The notes under the pieces: generated by a model | Told to the model about the DNA's origin: nothing | Database searches by the model: none | Seen by the model: the letters and a program-made list of their open reading frames with translations, nothing else | Position numbers and translations under genes: made by a program | Assembly (NCBI GenBank): GCA_031409275.1 | Contig: JANNXA010000051.1 | Location: 356,809-420,808 of the forward strand | Direction: 5' to 3' | From: Planctomycetota bacterium | Lineage (GTDB): Bacteria; Planctomycetota; B15-G4; SIAN01 | Length of the DNA: 64,000 bases | Shown: piece after piece, positions 9,949 through 19,943 of the stretch | How the letters are laid out: every line of letters starts with the position of its first letter | Position numbering within the stretch: the stretch's first letter is position 1

Positions 9949-11723
9949 GGCGTGCCTCCCTTCGACGACGACCGTGGATCGAAGCCGATCACCAGGTCGA
10001 TCTCGAGGTTGCTGACCTGCAGGCGACCGTCCTTCGTGCCTGAAGTCGACGGCTCCTGCACGGACGCCACGGCCGGACAGTCGCGGATCGCCCGCACCAG
10101 CGCGTCGACGCTCTCCGGCGAGGTGAGGATCCCGCTCAGCTTGAGCGAGGGCTTGTCCTTGCCGACGTCGAGATCGATGGCGGTCAACTGCAGGCGGCCG
10201 ATCTTCTTCAGATCGCGATCGATCGCGCCAACCACGGCGTTCAAGTAGTCGAGGCCCGAAGGCAGCCGCGGGATCGAGCTCGAGCGACCAAGTTCCGAGG
10301 CGAGGTCGTCCTTGGAGCGCTTGAGCTCCGCGAGCGCCTTGCGGACGGCGTCGATAGGAGCGACCTTGCCGCCGTTCACCTGTTCGTAGAGTTCGGTCGA
10401 AGCGGCGTGCGTCGAATGCTCGGCGAGTACGGCTGTCGCCGCGGCGAAGAGCTCGAATTCGCGCTGACGATGCAGCTTGATCCGCTCGATGCACAACAGC
10501 GCAACGCAGACCAGCAGGACGATCGCCAGCGACGCCAGCGCCACCTTGACCTGGTCGAAGCGGCGGGCGTAGCGAACCTCCTCCTGCCGGAACTCGATCG
10601 TGCTGCCACCGATGGCGCCGAGGAGTCGCAGGCCCAGGCCGAGCGCCGCCACCCCTTCCGCGTTGGCGGTTTCGAGTTCCTCCGCGTTCAGGCTGTGGGC
10701 GACGCGGTCGTAGGGGCGCACCACTTCGACCGGCAGTCGCAGCGACGATTCGACGTGCGCGACGAACTCGGGCGAACGGACCGCGGTGCCCATCAACAGC
10801 ACCTTCTGCGCCTCGGCCACGGACGGGCCGAGCTTGAAGAGGGTGCGGGTCACTTCACGGCGCAGGCGCGAGAAGTAGTCGAGTCCGTGACGGCGCGTGG
10901 CGCGGGTCGCGTCCTCGGCGAGGTCGTCGACCACGACCATCGTTTCGTCGCTGTCGGCGCGTGGAGCTGATTCCTTGCCCGGGGTCGCCGCCGACTCGGC
11001 GGCACCGGCTGGCAGCGCCGCCATCGGCACCGGCGCCGGCGTGACCCCGAAGCGGAGCACGCGCGCGGCCAGCAGCGTGTCGCCGCGCATGACCAGCAGA
11101 TGCGTCAGGTCGCCGTCGCACTCGAGCGCGACGACCGTCTGACCGACCGGCTCCGATCCGGGCGGCCCGTCCACCGCGGCCGGCGGCGGCGGCTCGACGT
11201 AGCCGGTCGCGCGCAGCGCGCCGTAGAGCGAGGTGAGGTGGAGGTCGGCCGTCTGCGGATCGACGCCGATGGTGCCGAGGTCAGCGAGCGCGCCGCGGAT
11301 CGACTCCTTCGGGCACGCGGCGATGAGCAGGCGCGAGCCGCCACGGCCATCGCGATTGAACAGCTGATAGCTGACGACGACGGAGTCGATCTCGACGAGC
11401 TGCAGGTGGCTCTCGGCCTCGAACTTCACCACCTTGTCGATCTGCTCGGCGGAGGTGAATGGCAGGTCGAGCTCGCGGAAGGTGCAGTCGAGCGAGGCGA
11501 TCGCGACGCCGGCGGGGTCCTTCTGCAAGCGGCGTTGCGAGGCGATCGCGCGCAGCGCTTCGGCGTAAGCCGCGCGCGCTGGCGCGATGCCCTCCGCAGG
11601 TGGAGCTGCGGCGACGACGTCGGCCGCGCTGAAGCTCTTCACCTTGGGGTTCTTGGCCGTGCCGTCGATTTCGACGGCGCGTGCACGGACGTGAGTGAGG
11701 TCGACGGCGAGTTGGGTCGGCAT
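9945..11723 (-). CDS. PilM/GspL-like actin-fold protein fused to a TM and PilN-like periplasmic domain
   Basis: LAVDL..., FRELDLPF...IDKVVKFEAESHL, ALGLGLR, EFRQEE, a TM segment, then LKLSG..ESVDALVRAI. Confidence 0.72.
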   Translation of the reverse strand: MPTQLAVDLTHVRARAVEIDGTAKNPKVKSFSAADVVAAAPPAEGIAPARAAYAEALRAIASQRRLQKDPAGVAIASLDCTFRELDLPFTSAEQIDKVVKFEAESHLQLVEIDSVVVSYQLFNRDGRGGSRLLIAACPKESIRGALADLGTIGVDPQTADLHLTSLYGALRATGYVEPPPPAAVDGPPGSEPVGQTVVALECDGDLTHLLVMRGDTLLAARVLRFGVTPAPVPMAALPAGAAESAATPGKESAPRADSDETMVVVDDLAEDATRATRRHGLDYFSRLRREVTRTLFKLGPSVAEAQKVLLMGTAVRSPEFVAHVESSLRLPVEVVRPYDRVAHSLNAEELETANAEGVAALGLGLRLLGAIGGSTIEFRQEEVRYARRFDQVKVALASLAIVLLVCVALLCIERIKLHRQREFELFAAATAVLAEHSTHAASTELYEQVNGGKVAPIDAVRKALAELKRSKDDLASELGRSSSIPRLPSGLDYLNAVVGAIDRDLKKIGRLQLTAIDLDVGKDKPSLKLSGILTSPESVDALVRAIRDCPAVASVQEPSTSGTKDGRLQVSNLEIDLVIGFDPRSSSKGGTP

Positions 11724-11750
11724 GGCGGCGCGATTGTAGTCCCGGAGTTG

Positions 11751-12101
11751 CTACTTCGACTCGGCGCCAATCCCTTGCGCTCGCCAGTGGCGAGCCTGCT
11801 CGGGGGTCAGAAGCGCCTCGATCTCTCGATCCGCGGCCGCGGCCGTCGCGTTGACCGAGTCCTGCCAGGCACCTTCCTTGGCGACCAGATCGCTGCGCCA
11901 ACGCTCGGCAATGGCGGCCAGCGCCGCCTTCTGCGCCTCGCTCAAGTCGAGCGTGGTCATCCGCCGCGAGGCCTGATCGGCCAGATCGGAGAGGGACGGG
12001 GTCTTGCGACCGAAACGCTCCGCCGCGACCACCGCGCCGGCCCCCACCGCCGCCCACAGCAGCGCGTGGAGCACCATCCACCCCGCCATTCGCTGACCCA
12101 T
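11751..12101 (-). CDS. Spy/CpxP-like (LTxxQ) periplasmic protein
   Basis: N-terminal hydrophobic segment, LDLSEAQ and LLTPEQ motifs, third gene of the ECF cassette. Confidence 0.6.
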   Translation of the reverse strand: MGQRMAGWMVLHALLWAAVGAGAVVAAERFGRKTPSLSDLADQASRRMTTLDLSEAQKAALAAIAERWRSDLVAKEGAWQDSVNATAAAADREIEALLTPEQARHWRAQGIGAESK

Positions 12102-12155
12102 CGTTCGCTCCGTCCCCGGGTCCGGTCCGCCTCGTCGCTCGCGCTGAGCTGCCCG

Positions 12156-12680
12156 TCAACGCGGGTCGGAGAGCACCATCTCGAAGTAACTCGGCGGTGC
12201 CGACCACCCCTTCTGCCAGCGCTCGAGCACCCGGCGCAACGCCGGATCGGCTCGCTCGAGCGCGCTGGGAGTGACCGTTGCGCTGGCCTGCTGCGGCCCC
12301 CACACCACCCCGCCCACACCTAGGAGGAGCAGGATCCCCGCCGCCACCGCGGCGCTGCGACGCACCCAGCGCATCACCGGCGCGATCGGAAGGTCGCCAT
12401 CCCGGTCGGAGGCAGTGTGGGAAGGTGCCGCCTCCATCTTGATGCGCGCCATGATCCGCTCGTCGAGCCCGACCGGCGGCCGGCGCGCCGCGAGCGCCGC
12501 CTCTTCGCGCAGCAGCCCGCGCATCGATCGCCACTCGACCGCCACCCGGGCGCAACGAGGGCAGCCGTCGATGTGGTCGGCCAACAGGATCTGCTCGCGT
12601 TCGGGGAGTTCGCCGTCGAGCGAGCGGCTGAGCCACTGCAAGACGTCGTCGTGCGACGCGTTCGTTTCAGAGTGTTCCAT
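12156..12680 (-). CDS. Zinc-finger (zf-HC2) anti-sigma factor
   Basis: LSRSLDGEL...HIDGCPRC (HxxxCxxC), a single TM, directly downstream of the ECF sigma. Confidence 0.88.
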   Translation of the reverse strand: MEHSETNASHDDVLQWLSRSLDGELPEREQILLADHIDGCPRCARVAVEWRSMRGLLREEAALAARRPPVGLDERIMARIKMEAAPSHTASDRDGDLPIAPVMRWVRRSAAVAAGILLLLGVGGVVWGPQQASATVTPSALERADPALRRVLERWQKGWSAPPSYFEMVLSDPR

Positions 12681-12686
12681 GCTTCT

Positions 12687-13301
12687 TCACGCCTCATCCG
12701 GGAGCAGGTCGGCAGCACCTTCCGCCCCGAGTTTCTCGATCAACCAATCGCGCATCCGCGCCCGCGCTCGAAACAACCGCGACTCGACGGTCCCTTTCGG
12801 GATCTGCAGTGCTTGCGCGAGCTCGTCGTAGCTCAGGTCGCCGAACTCGCGCATCACGAGGATCGACTTGAACGGCTCCGGCAACGCGTCGACCGCCGCT
12901 CGAACCCAGGCGATCGCTTCGCCCCGCTGCGGTCCGGCCGCCGGCGGCGCCGAACTCGACGGCAGGCTCTCCGCAAAGGTCGAGTCGCCGGCATCGAGCG
13001 AGACCGCCGACTGCCGGCGGCGCCGCTTCGCGACGTCGACCGCGGCGTTCACCGCGATGCGATACAGCCAGGTGAAGAGCGCCGCGTCGAACTGGAAGCC
13101 GGCCAGGTTCCGCCAAGCGCGGAGGAACGTCTCCTGGACCACCTCTTCTGCATCGGCCCGCTCGCGCACGATGCGCAGCACCACTTCATGGAGGCGCGCG
13201 CTATGGCGTTCGACGATCGCGCGAAAGGCCTCTTGCGAGCCTGCGCGAGCGGCGAGAACCAGTGCGTGTTCCTCATTCGGTGCTGTCATCGTGGCATTCA
13301 A
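12687..13301 (-). CDS. ECF-type RNA polymerase sigma factor
   Basis: DAEEVVQETFLRAW, FTWLYRIAVN and LSYDELAQALQIPKGTVESRLFRAR. Start is TTG 13301 or ATG 13289. Confidence 0.95.
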   Translation of the reverse strand: MNATMTAPNEEHALVLAARAGSQEAFRAIVERHSARLHEVVLRIVRERADAEEVVQETFLRAWRNLAGFQFDAALFTWLYRIAVNAAVDVAKRRRRQSAVSLDAGDSTFAESLPSSSAPPAAGPQRGEAIAWVRAAVDALPEPFKSILVMREFGDLSYDELAQALQIPKGTVESRLFRARARMRDWLIEKLGAEGAADLLPDEA

Positions 13302-13309
13302 GCGCTCCC

Positions 13310-13337
13310 TTGGACGCGGACGGTGGCCGCCTCTTCC
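13310..13337 (-). promoter_or_regulatory. Possible autoregulatory ECF promoter GGAAG-N16-CGTCCAA
   Basis: Resembles the GGAAC-N16/17-CGTC ECF consensus, just upstream of the sigma gene. Confidence 0.3.
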
Positions 13338-13398
13338 CCTCGGCAGCGGCGGGAAAAAAGCGGGCTAACATCCTCCCCCGTCGCGCACAAGGAAGGCC

Positions 13399-16137
13399 AT
13401 GTCCGTCCACCCATCATCGACCGCCGATCGCGGCTCGTCTCCAGCCCCCGTCGCGCCCCGGGGCGTGAAGGCCTCGGCGCGCCGCGCGATCCTCGGCGCG
13501 AGCGCGCTGATCGTGCTGGCCGCAGCGTGCGCGGAGTCGCCGGCGGTCGGGCCGCGATCCCCAGCGCCGGCCGCCGGCCTGCAACGGCTGCTGCCGGGGG
13601 TGGCGAGCGCAGGCGCTTCCTGGAGCGTCGATTCCGCCTGGCACCGCAGCAGCCTGCCCGTGCTTGCCCCCGAGCGCACCGTCGCCCCGAGCTTCGCCTG
13701 CGACTTCGACGAACCGGTGCGGCCGGCGGATGCGCATTGGCTGACGGCGCCCGAATTCGGCGCGCTGGTGCGCGGCAACGTCGATCCCGCGACGGTCGCG
13801 ACCGCGCAACGAAGCTCTGGTCGCCTGCAACTGCCTCAACGCGAGAGCGTCGCCGTCGTCGTGCTCCCGGCAAGTCCCATCACGCCCTACGTCGTCACCT
13901 TTCGCATGGCGGGCGCAACGCAGCGGAACGAGTCGCGCCTCTTCGTGCTCGACTTGGCGGAAGACCTCTCCACCATCGAACAACCGCTCCCGCTGCTCGC
14001 ACGCATCCGCGGCAGCAAGCAGGTCGAGGCTGTGCGCGAGGCGGCGGTGCGCGACGCGCCGCCAAGCGACCCGACGCAGCGCCAGCTTGCGCTTGAACCC
14101 GAGGTCACGCAGGTCGACGCCGACGGGACGACGACGTGGCGCATCGCCTTCAGCAGTTTCTGGCGCACGCGCGCGCTCGCCTTCGCCATCTGCGGCAGCA
14201 GCGCCGGCGCGACGTCGATCGACGACTTCCGCGTGCACGAGCTGCCGGCTCGTGCCCTGCTCGCGCTGCCGCCCGGATCGGCGTCATCGTTCGACCTGCC
14301 GCGACCGTTCGAGAGCCTCGATCCGGTGCTGCGCACCACCAAGGTGCGCATCGATTGGGAGACGCGCCGCGCGCTGCTGCTTCCGCGCGGAGCGACGGCT
14401 CGTTGCCGCTTCGACGCGCCCGAAGGCGCCGCTGGCGGCCGGCTCACTTTCGCCCTCGCGATCGTGCGCGAGGAGCGCCTCTGCGTGCGCGGACCGCGGC
14501 GCGAGCGGGTACGCATCGACTTTGCCGGCACGACGCAGGAGGTCGAAGTCGAACTCGCGTTCGAGCAGCCGAGCGGCTGGCGCGAAGTCGAGCTGCGGTT
14601 GCCGGCCGAAGGCACGGCGCGCGAACTGCAGATCACCGTGCTGGGCGATGACGATCCGTCGGGGCCGTTGATCGCGGTCAGCGATCCGCTGCTGCATCCG
14701 CGCGATCCGACGGCACGGCGCGCGGGCGGTGGCCCCTTGAACGTCGTGGTGATCTCGCTCGACACGCTGCGCGCGGATCGGCTGGGCAAGCGAGTCGGCG
14801 GCCATTCGCTGACGCCGCGCCTCGATGAGCTCGCGGCGCGATCGCTCACCTGCAACAGCGCGCTCGCCAACGCCTCCTACACGCTGCCGTCCCACGTCTC
14901 GCTCTTCACCTCGCAACGGCCTGGCGACCACGGCGTGCTCAGCGTCAACGATCGTTTCTCGCCGGAACGCTCGACCACGTTCACGCGCCTCGTCGCGCGG
15001 CACGGCTATGCCACCGCGGCGTTCACTTCTGGCGGGATGCTGAACGCCGAGTTCTGCGGCATCGATCTCGGTTTCGATCAGTTCGGCGAGATCGATGCGC
15101 TGCTGACTCCCGACGACACGCTGCGCGCTACCGCGCCTCTGCAGCAACGCGTCGCCTACAACCGCGAGCTCGCGCGAAGGCAGCGTCTCGACGCGGCGCC
15201 CTTCGCCTGGCTCGCCGGCCATCGTGGCGAGCCGTTCTTCCTCTTCCTGCACAGCTACCTGACGCACAACTACCAGGCCGACCCGGAGCTGCGCGCCGCA
15301 TTCACGCGCGGCTTGCCGCCCACGCCGCTGCGACTGCACGGCCCGATCCCCTACAAGCAGCTGCTCTGCGCGCGCTACCTCGCGGAAGAAGGGCGCAACG
15401 ACCCGCGCTTCGAATTCGTCGGCGAAGGCGCTCACGAGTTCGTGCCGGAGCGGGATCTGCCGTGGATCGAGGCGCTCTACGACGCGACCGTCGCGCAGGC
15501 GGATCGCGACGTCGGGCGCGTGCTCGACGAGCTCGAGCGCCAGGGACTCACCGATTCCACCATCGTCGTGGTGACCTCCGACCATGGTGAGGAGTTCCTC
15601 GAACATGGCGACCTGTCGCACGCCCGTTCGCTGTTCGACGAGATCCTGCGCGTGCCGCTGCTGATCCACGTTCCGGGCAGCGTGGCGCGCCGGATCGACG
15701 AACCCGTCGAGCACATCGACGTGGTCCCGACGCTGCTCGCTCGGATGGGCCTCCCGCGCGATCCGAGGATGATCGGCAGCGACCTGCTTGCACCAGGGTT
15801 CGAGGCGCGCGCGATCACCGTGCACGAGGGCACCGAAGGTTCCGCGAGCGGCATGACGTTGCGAGCGGCGCGGACGCGCGGCGGCAAGCTGATCGTCGAG
15901 ACGCCGCTTGCACCACCGCAGCTGCCTCCCTCCGCGAGCGCGCTCGAACAGCTGAAAGCGCTCGGCTACGTCGGTGGCGCCGGAGTGACCGGCGGCTACT
16001 ACGACCTGCGCCTCGATCCGCGCGAACTGCGCGACCTCTCCGCGGACGACGCGCGGACGCCGCAGCAGTCGGCGCAGATGGAGGCGTTGGCGCGCCACCT
16101 GTTCGAGAGTCCGCGCGCCGATGGAACGGAACGATGA
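13399..16137 (+). CDS. Sulfatase-like (alkaline phosphatase superfamily) lipoprotein
   Basis: Lipobox LAAAC, NVVVISLDTLRAD, YTLPSHVSLFT, SDHGEEF and LKALGYV. SD AAGGAAGG, with -10-like TAACAT at 13366. Confidence 0.88.
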   Translation: MSVHPSSTADRGSSPAPVAPRGVKASARRAILGASALIVLAAACAESPAVGPRSPAPAAGLQRLLPGVASAGASWSVDSAWHRSSLPVLAPERTVAPSFACDFDEPVRPADAHWLTAPEFGALVRGNVDPATVATAQRSSGRLQLPQRESVAVVVLPASPITPYVVTFRMAGATQRNESRLFVLDLAEDLSTIEQPLPLLARIRGSKQVEAVREAAVRDAPPSDPTQRQLALEPEVTQVDADGTTTWRIAFSSFWRTRALAFAICGSSAGATSIDDFRVHELPARALLALPPGSASSFDLPRPFESLDPVLRTTKVRIDWETRRALLLPRGATARCRFDAPEGAAGGRLTFALAIVREERLCVRGPRRERVRIDFAGTTQEVEVELAFEQPSGWREVELRLPAEGTARELQITVLGDDDPSGPLIAVSDPLLHPRDPTARRAGGGPLNVVVISLDTLRADRLGKRVGGHSLTPRLDELAARSLTCNSALANASYTLPSHVSLFTSQRPGDHGVLSVNDRFSPERSTTFTRLVARHGYATAAFTSGGMLNAEFCGIDLGFDQFGEIDALLTPDDTLRATAPLQQRVAYNRELARRQRLDAAPFAWLAGHRGEPFFLFLHSYLTHNYQADPELRAAFTRGLPPTPLRLHGPIPYKQLLCARYLAEEGRNDPRFEFVGEGAHEFVPERDLPWIEALYDATVAQADRDVGRVLDELERQGLTDSTIVVVTSDHGEEFLEHGDLSHARSLFDEILRVPLLIHVPGSVARRIDEPVEHIDVVPTLLARMGLPRDPRMIGSDLLAPGFEARAITVHEGTEGSASGMTLRAARTRGGKLIVETPLAPPQLPPSASALEQLKALGYVGGAGVTGGYYDLRLDPRELRDLSADDARTPQQSAQMEALARHLFESPRADGTER

Positions 16138-18815
16138 AGCGCGGGGCCGGCCTCGTCCCAGCACTCATGACGTCGACGCTGCTGGCGTTGGCGATCCTCG
16201 CGGCGACGCTGTGGCGGGGACGCGCTCCTGCGCCCATGCCACCCATTCGGCTGTTCGAGCGAGCGCTCGCGGATCCGAGCACGGCGCACTTCGAGTTCGC
16301 AACCGCGGAACGACCGCCGCGCGCCGTGCAGCGCTGGCAGTTCAGCGGCAGCAGAGCAGGATGGATCGAGCTCGATGAACGCGGGGCGCTAGCGACCGCC
16401 AATGGCGGCAGCGAGCGCTCCCAATCGATCGATCGATCCGACGGCGCGGCGGTGCTTCGCTTCGCGGCTGCGCGCGGCGGTCTCATCCACGCAATCCCGA
16501 TGGCGCCGCAACGACTGCTGCGCGTGGTCGCCACCGTGACGCGTGCGAAGGTGCCGGGCGGTGGCCCCGTGGTCGGCAACGCGGCCCCGCGGGTGTTCGC
16601 GCAGCCGACCCTGCGACCGCTGCAGCTTGCGACCGAACTCGCCAGCCGCAGCTACCTCGAACTCGCGCTCGACCGAACCGTCCTCCTCACGACCGAACCG
16701 CTGCTGGGTTCAGCGAGCGCGCCCGCCGACGGACAGCGCCACGAACTCGCGGTAACGCTGGTGACGCCCGCCGAGACGCAAGGCCTCACCTTGCTGTTCG
16801 CTGCGGGCGACGGGAGTGTCGCGGGCGAAGTCGACCTCGAGGAGGTGCGCGTCGAGGAGGTGCCGTTGCGCGATTGGCTCGCGCTCGGTGGCAGCAGCGA
16901 GGCGGCGCCGTCGGCCGCGGACGCAGCGCTCTCCCTCGTCGCCCCATTTTCGCCGCGCGAGATCGGGGTCCTCGATCCGCCCGTCGCCGCGTTGCCAGCG
17001 CTGCGCAAGGTGGAGCATCTGCTCGAACAGCGCGACTCGGTGCTGCTGCCGCCGCCGGCGCTCGCGGCATTCGAATGCGACCTGCCCGCAGGCTCTTGGC
17101 GACTCGAGTACGGCGTCGCTCGGCTCTTCGAGTCGCGCAAGAACTTCGGCCGCGCGAAGCTCGCGGTGGAGTTGCGCGTCGTCGCGCCAGGCCGCGCGGC
17201 CTGGCATCAGCGCACGAACCTCGAGCCGCACGAAACAGCCGGCTGGATCGATCGCACCCTCGACTTGAACGACCATGTCGGCGGCCGGATCCGCGTCGAG
17301 TTCGAGTGCAACGCGGAGACGAAGAGCGCCGATCTCGCCGTCGTCGGTGCGCCGATCCTGCGACGTCTCGGCGCAATCGACCCGCGCTGGAACGTCATCC
17401 TCGTCTCGCTCGACACCGTTCGTGCCGACCACTTGAGCGTGAATGGCTACCCGCGGCCGACCACTCCGAACCTCGACGAACTGGCGCGCCAATCGGCCTG
17501 GTTTCGCGCCGCGTCGAGCACCTCTTCGTACACGCTGCCAGCGCACGCCTCGCTCTTCACCGGACAACTGCCGTCGCGCCATGGCGCCCATTCGGAGAGC
17601 CCGGGACGCAACCGGCTCTGGAGCGACCGTTCCGACCTGTTGGCCGACCGTTTTCGCGAGGAGGGGTGGCTGACGGCGGCGTTCACCGGCGGCGTCTACC
17701 TGCGGGCGAGCTTCGGCTTCGACCAAGGCTTCGATCGCTACGACGCCACCGACCTCGCGTTGCCGCTCGACACCGAACGGGCGCGCAAGCTGCCCTTCCA
17801 CGGAGAACCCGAGCGCAACGCCGCCTACCGCAAAGGCCGTCCGTTCGGCCACGCGCTCGAGTGGATCCGCGCCCACGCCGATGCGCCGTTCTTCCTCTTC
17901 CTCCACACCTACCTCGCGCATGAGTACGTCGCCGGGCCGGCCAACGAAGCGCGTTTCCTCGGCAGCACGCAGAGCACGCTCGCGCGCGGCGACCTCAAGT
18001 TCATCCGCGACCGGACACTCACGGAGTCGCCCACGCCCGGCGATCTGCAGCGCTACGTCGACGCCTACGACGCAACGCTGCGCGAAGCGGATGACCACGT
18101 CGGCGCGCTGCTCGCGCTCCTCGATGACCTGCAGCTCGACGATCGCACGATCGTCATCGTGGTCTCCGATCACGGCGAGGAGTTCCTCGACCACGGCAGC
18201 GTCAACCACGGACGAACGCTCTACGAAGAGATGGTTCACGTGCCGCTGCTGATGCGAGTGCCCGGCGCGGCGGCGCGAGAGATCGACCTGCCGGTGTCGC
18301 TGCTCGATGTCGCGCCGACGCTGATCGAGCTGTGCGGCCTGACGAGTCGACATGCGCAGGACGGCCGATCGCTCGTCGAGTTGCTGCGCGGCGGGACGCT
18401 GCCTTCCGTTCCGATCGAAGCGGAGCTCGACCTCATTCGCGAGAACCGCTGGTTCATGCGGCGCCTCGACGGCGACAAGTCGATCGAAGTGCGCGACGAG
18501 CGGAGCGCTGCACGCGTCGCGGAAGATGCGCGCGCGCGTGCAGCGCCGCGTCGAATGGACTTCGCGGTGGGCCTCGATCCGAACGAGACCCGCGATCGCG
18601 CGCACGCGACGCCCGAGGAAGAGGCGCTCGCGGCCGAGCGATTCGAGCAGCTCGCCGAGCAACGCGATGCGGCGCGCGAGCGGCGCGCCGCCGCGAAGCG
18701 AGACGAACGCGCGACCCCAAGCTCAGCGGATCAGTTCGACGTCAGCAAGATCGGCGGCTACGTCGAGCATCGACCCGAGGACGATGCCGAGGACGCCGAG
18801 AGCGACGGCGGCTGA
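16134..18815 (+). CDS. Sulfatase-like hydrolase with N-terminal membrane anchor
   Basis: NVILVSLDTVRAD, YTLPAHASLFTG and SDHGEEFLDHG. ATGA overlap with the upstream paralog. Confidence 0.88.
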   Translation: MKRGAGLVPALMTSTLLALAILAATLWRGRAPAPMPPIRLFERALADPSTAHFEFATAERPPRAVQRWQFSGSRAGWIELDERGALATANGGSERSQSIDRSDGAAVLRFAAARGGLIHAIPMAPQRLLRVVATVTRAKVPGGGPVVGNAAPRVFAQPTLRPLQLATELASRSYLELALDRTVLLTTEPLLGSASAPADGQRHELAVTLVTPAETQGLTLLFAAGDGSVAGEVDLEEVRVEEVPLRDWLALGGSSEAAPSAADAALSLVAPFSPREIGVLDPPVAALPALRKVEHLLEQRDSVLLPPPALAAFECDLPAGSWRLEYGVARLFESRKNFGRAKLAVELRVVAPGRAAWHQRTNLEPHETAGWIDRTLDLNDHVGGRIRVEFECNAETKSADLAVVGAPILRRLGAIDPRWNVILVSLDTVRADHLSVNGYPRPTTPNLDELARQSAWFRAASSTSSYTLPAHASLFTGQLPSRHGAHSESPGRNRLWSDRSDLLADRFREEGWLTAAFTGGVYLRASFGFDQGFDRYDATDLALPLDTERARKLPFHGEPERNAAYRKGRPFGHALEWIRAHADAPFFLFLHTYLAHEYVAGPANEARFLGSTQSTLARGDLKFIRDRTLTESPTPGDLQRYVDAYDATLREADDHVGALLALLDDLQLDDRTIVIVVSDHGEEFLDHGSVNHGRTLYEEMVHVPLLMRVPGAAAREIDLPVSLLDVAPTLIELCGLTSRHAQDGRSLVELLRGGTLPSVPIEAELDLIRENRWFMRRLDGDKSIEVRDERSAARVAEDARARAAPRRMDFAVGLDPNETRDRAHATPEEEALAAERFEQLAEQRDAARERRAAAKRDERATPSSADQFDVSKIGGYVEHRPEDDAEDAESDGG

Positions 18816-18859
18816 GCGAAGCGCTGCGAGCGTGGATCCGAGTCGCGAACGCGAGTCGC

Positions 18860-19480
18860 CTACCAGTCGCAGCCGCCGCCCCATCGGCCGTCGTAGCCGC
18901 CGTACCAGCGCCACGGTGACGTCAACAGCGCGAGCCCGGCTCCGATCGCAGCGCCACGGCCGCGGTGGTGGTACTGGTGACCGATGATCGCGCCGACACC
19001 GGTGTAGACGGCGGTGCGTGCGAGCGTCGATTCCCACGGCTCGTAGTCGTAACGACGCGCGTAGCGCACGGGGCGAACGTCGTGGTAGACGACGCGCTCG
19101 ACGACGCGCCGCGCCGGCAACGGCGCCGGTGCGTAGGTGCGAGGCGCGCCGACGAGGGATCGGAAGGAGGCGTCGCGCTCCGCTTCGGTGAGCGCGCGGA
19201 CGGACGGACGGTGCTCGACCGGCGGAAGGTTGCCGGAAGCGGGGGGCACGCTCGGCGCTGCCGGCGTCGTCGCGGGCGGTGGCAAGACAACTTGCGCCGG
19301 CGCGAGCGGCGCCACCGTCGGCGGCGCCACCATCACCTGCGGAGCGGGCGGGGGCAACGGCATCGGCGCCGGCGTGAGCGTCCGGGCGGGCGGATCCACT
19401 CGCGTGGTTGCCGGCGACTGACACGCAGCGGTCGCGAAGCCGGCCGCAACGGCGAGGGCACGAAGGGTCGTGAACGACAT
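18860..19480 (-). CDS. Pro-rich glycine-zipper lipoprotein
   Basis: Lipobox ATAAC, Pro-rich linker, and TGVGAIIGHQ...GAAIGAGLALL glycine zipper. Start ATG 19480. Confidence 0.7.
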   Translation of the reverse strand: MSFTTLRALAVAAGFATAACQSPATTRVDPPARTLTPAPMPLPPPAPQVMVAPPTVAPLAPAQVVLPPPATTPAAPSVPPASGNLPPVEHRPSVRALTEAERDASFRSLVGAPRTYAPAPLPARRVVERVVYHDVRPVRYARRYDYEPWESTLARTAVYTGVGAIIGHQYHHRGRGAAIGAGLALLTSPWRWYGGYDGRWGGGCDW

Positions 19481-19519
19481 GGCGATCTCCTCGAGCTCCA
19501 CGGGACCGCAGCGCGCGGC

Positions 19520-19933
19520 TCAGTGCTCCGCCGACTTCGCCGTCTTCACCTCGACATGGAACCGCGTGGCACCGCGCGCAATCGACTCGCGCGCGACGTC
19601 CTTGGTCTGGCCGCCGGCGACGAGCACGTGCTCGAATGGAGAGGTCGGTTCGACGGCGAAGCCGGTGTCGTCCTTGAAGGTCCACGCCATCTGCACGTGC
19701 TGATCCTTCGGCGTCTTGTTGACGAAGCGCAGCTGTGCGCGCAGACGACCGTCCGGCAGCAGTTGCTCGCGATGGTCGATCAGTTCGAGCGACCACTTCA
19801 CTTCGTCGTCCATCACCACGAGCGCGGTCGCGTCGGCGGTGGCGACCCGATCGGGTGCCTTCTCATGCGCTTGGAACGGCGGACCGCCACAGGCTGCGAG
19901 GAGCAGGAGAGCGCAGGTCGCGAGTGTCTTCAT
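19520..19933 (-). CDS. YcfL/DUF1425-like lipoprotein
   Basis: MKTLATCALLLLAAC lipobox, DGRLRAQLRFVN...WTFKDDTGF, and position in the lpoB operon. Confidence 0.7.
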   Translation of the reverse strand: MKTLATCALLLLAACGGPPFQAHEKAPDRVATADATALVVMDDEVKWSLELIDHREQLLPDGRLRAQLRFVNKTPKDQHVQMAWTFKDDTGFAVEPTSPFEHVLVAGGQTKDVARESIARGATRFHVEVKTAKSAEH

Positions 19934-19943
19934 CGGCGAATCC

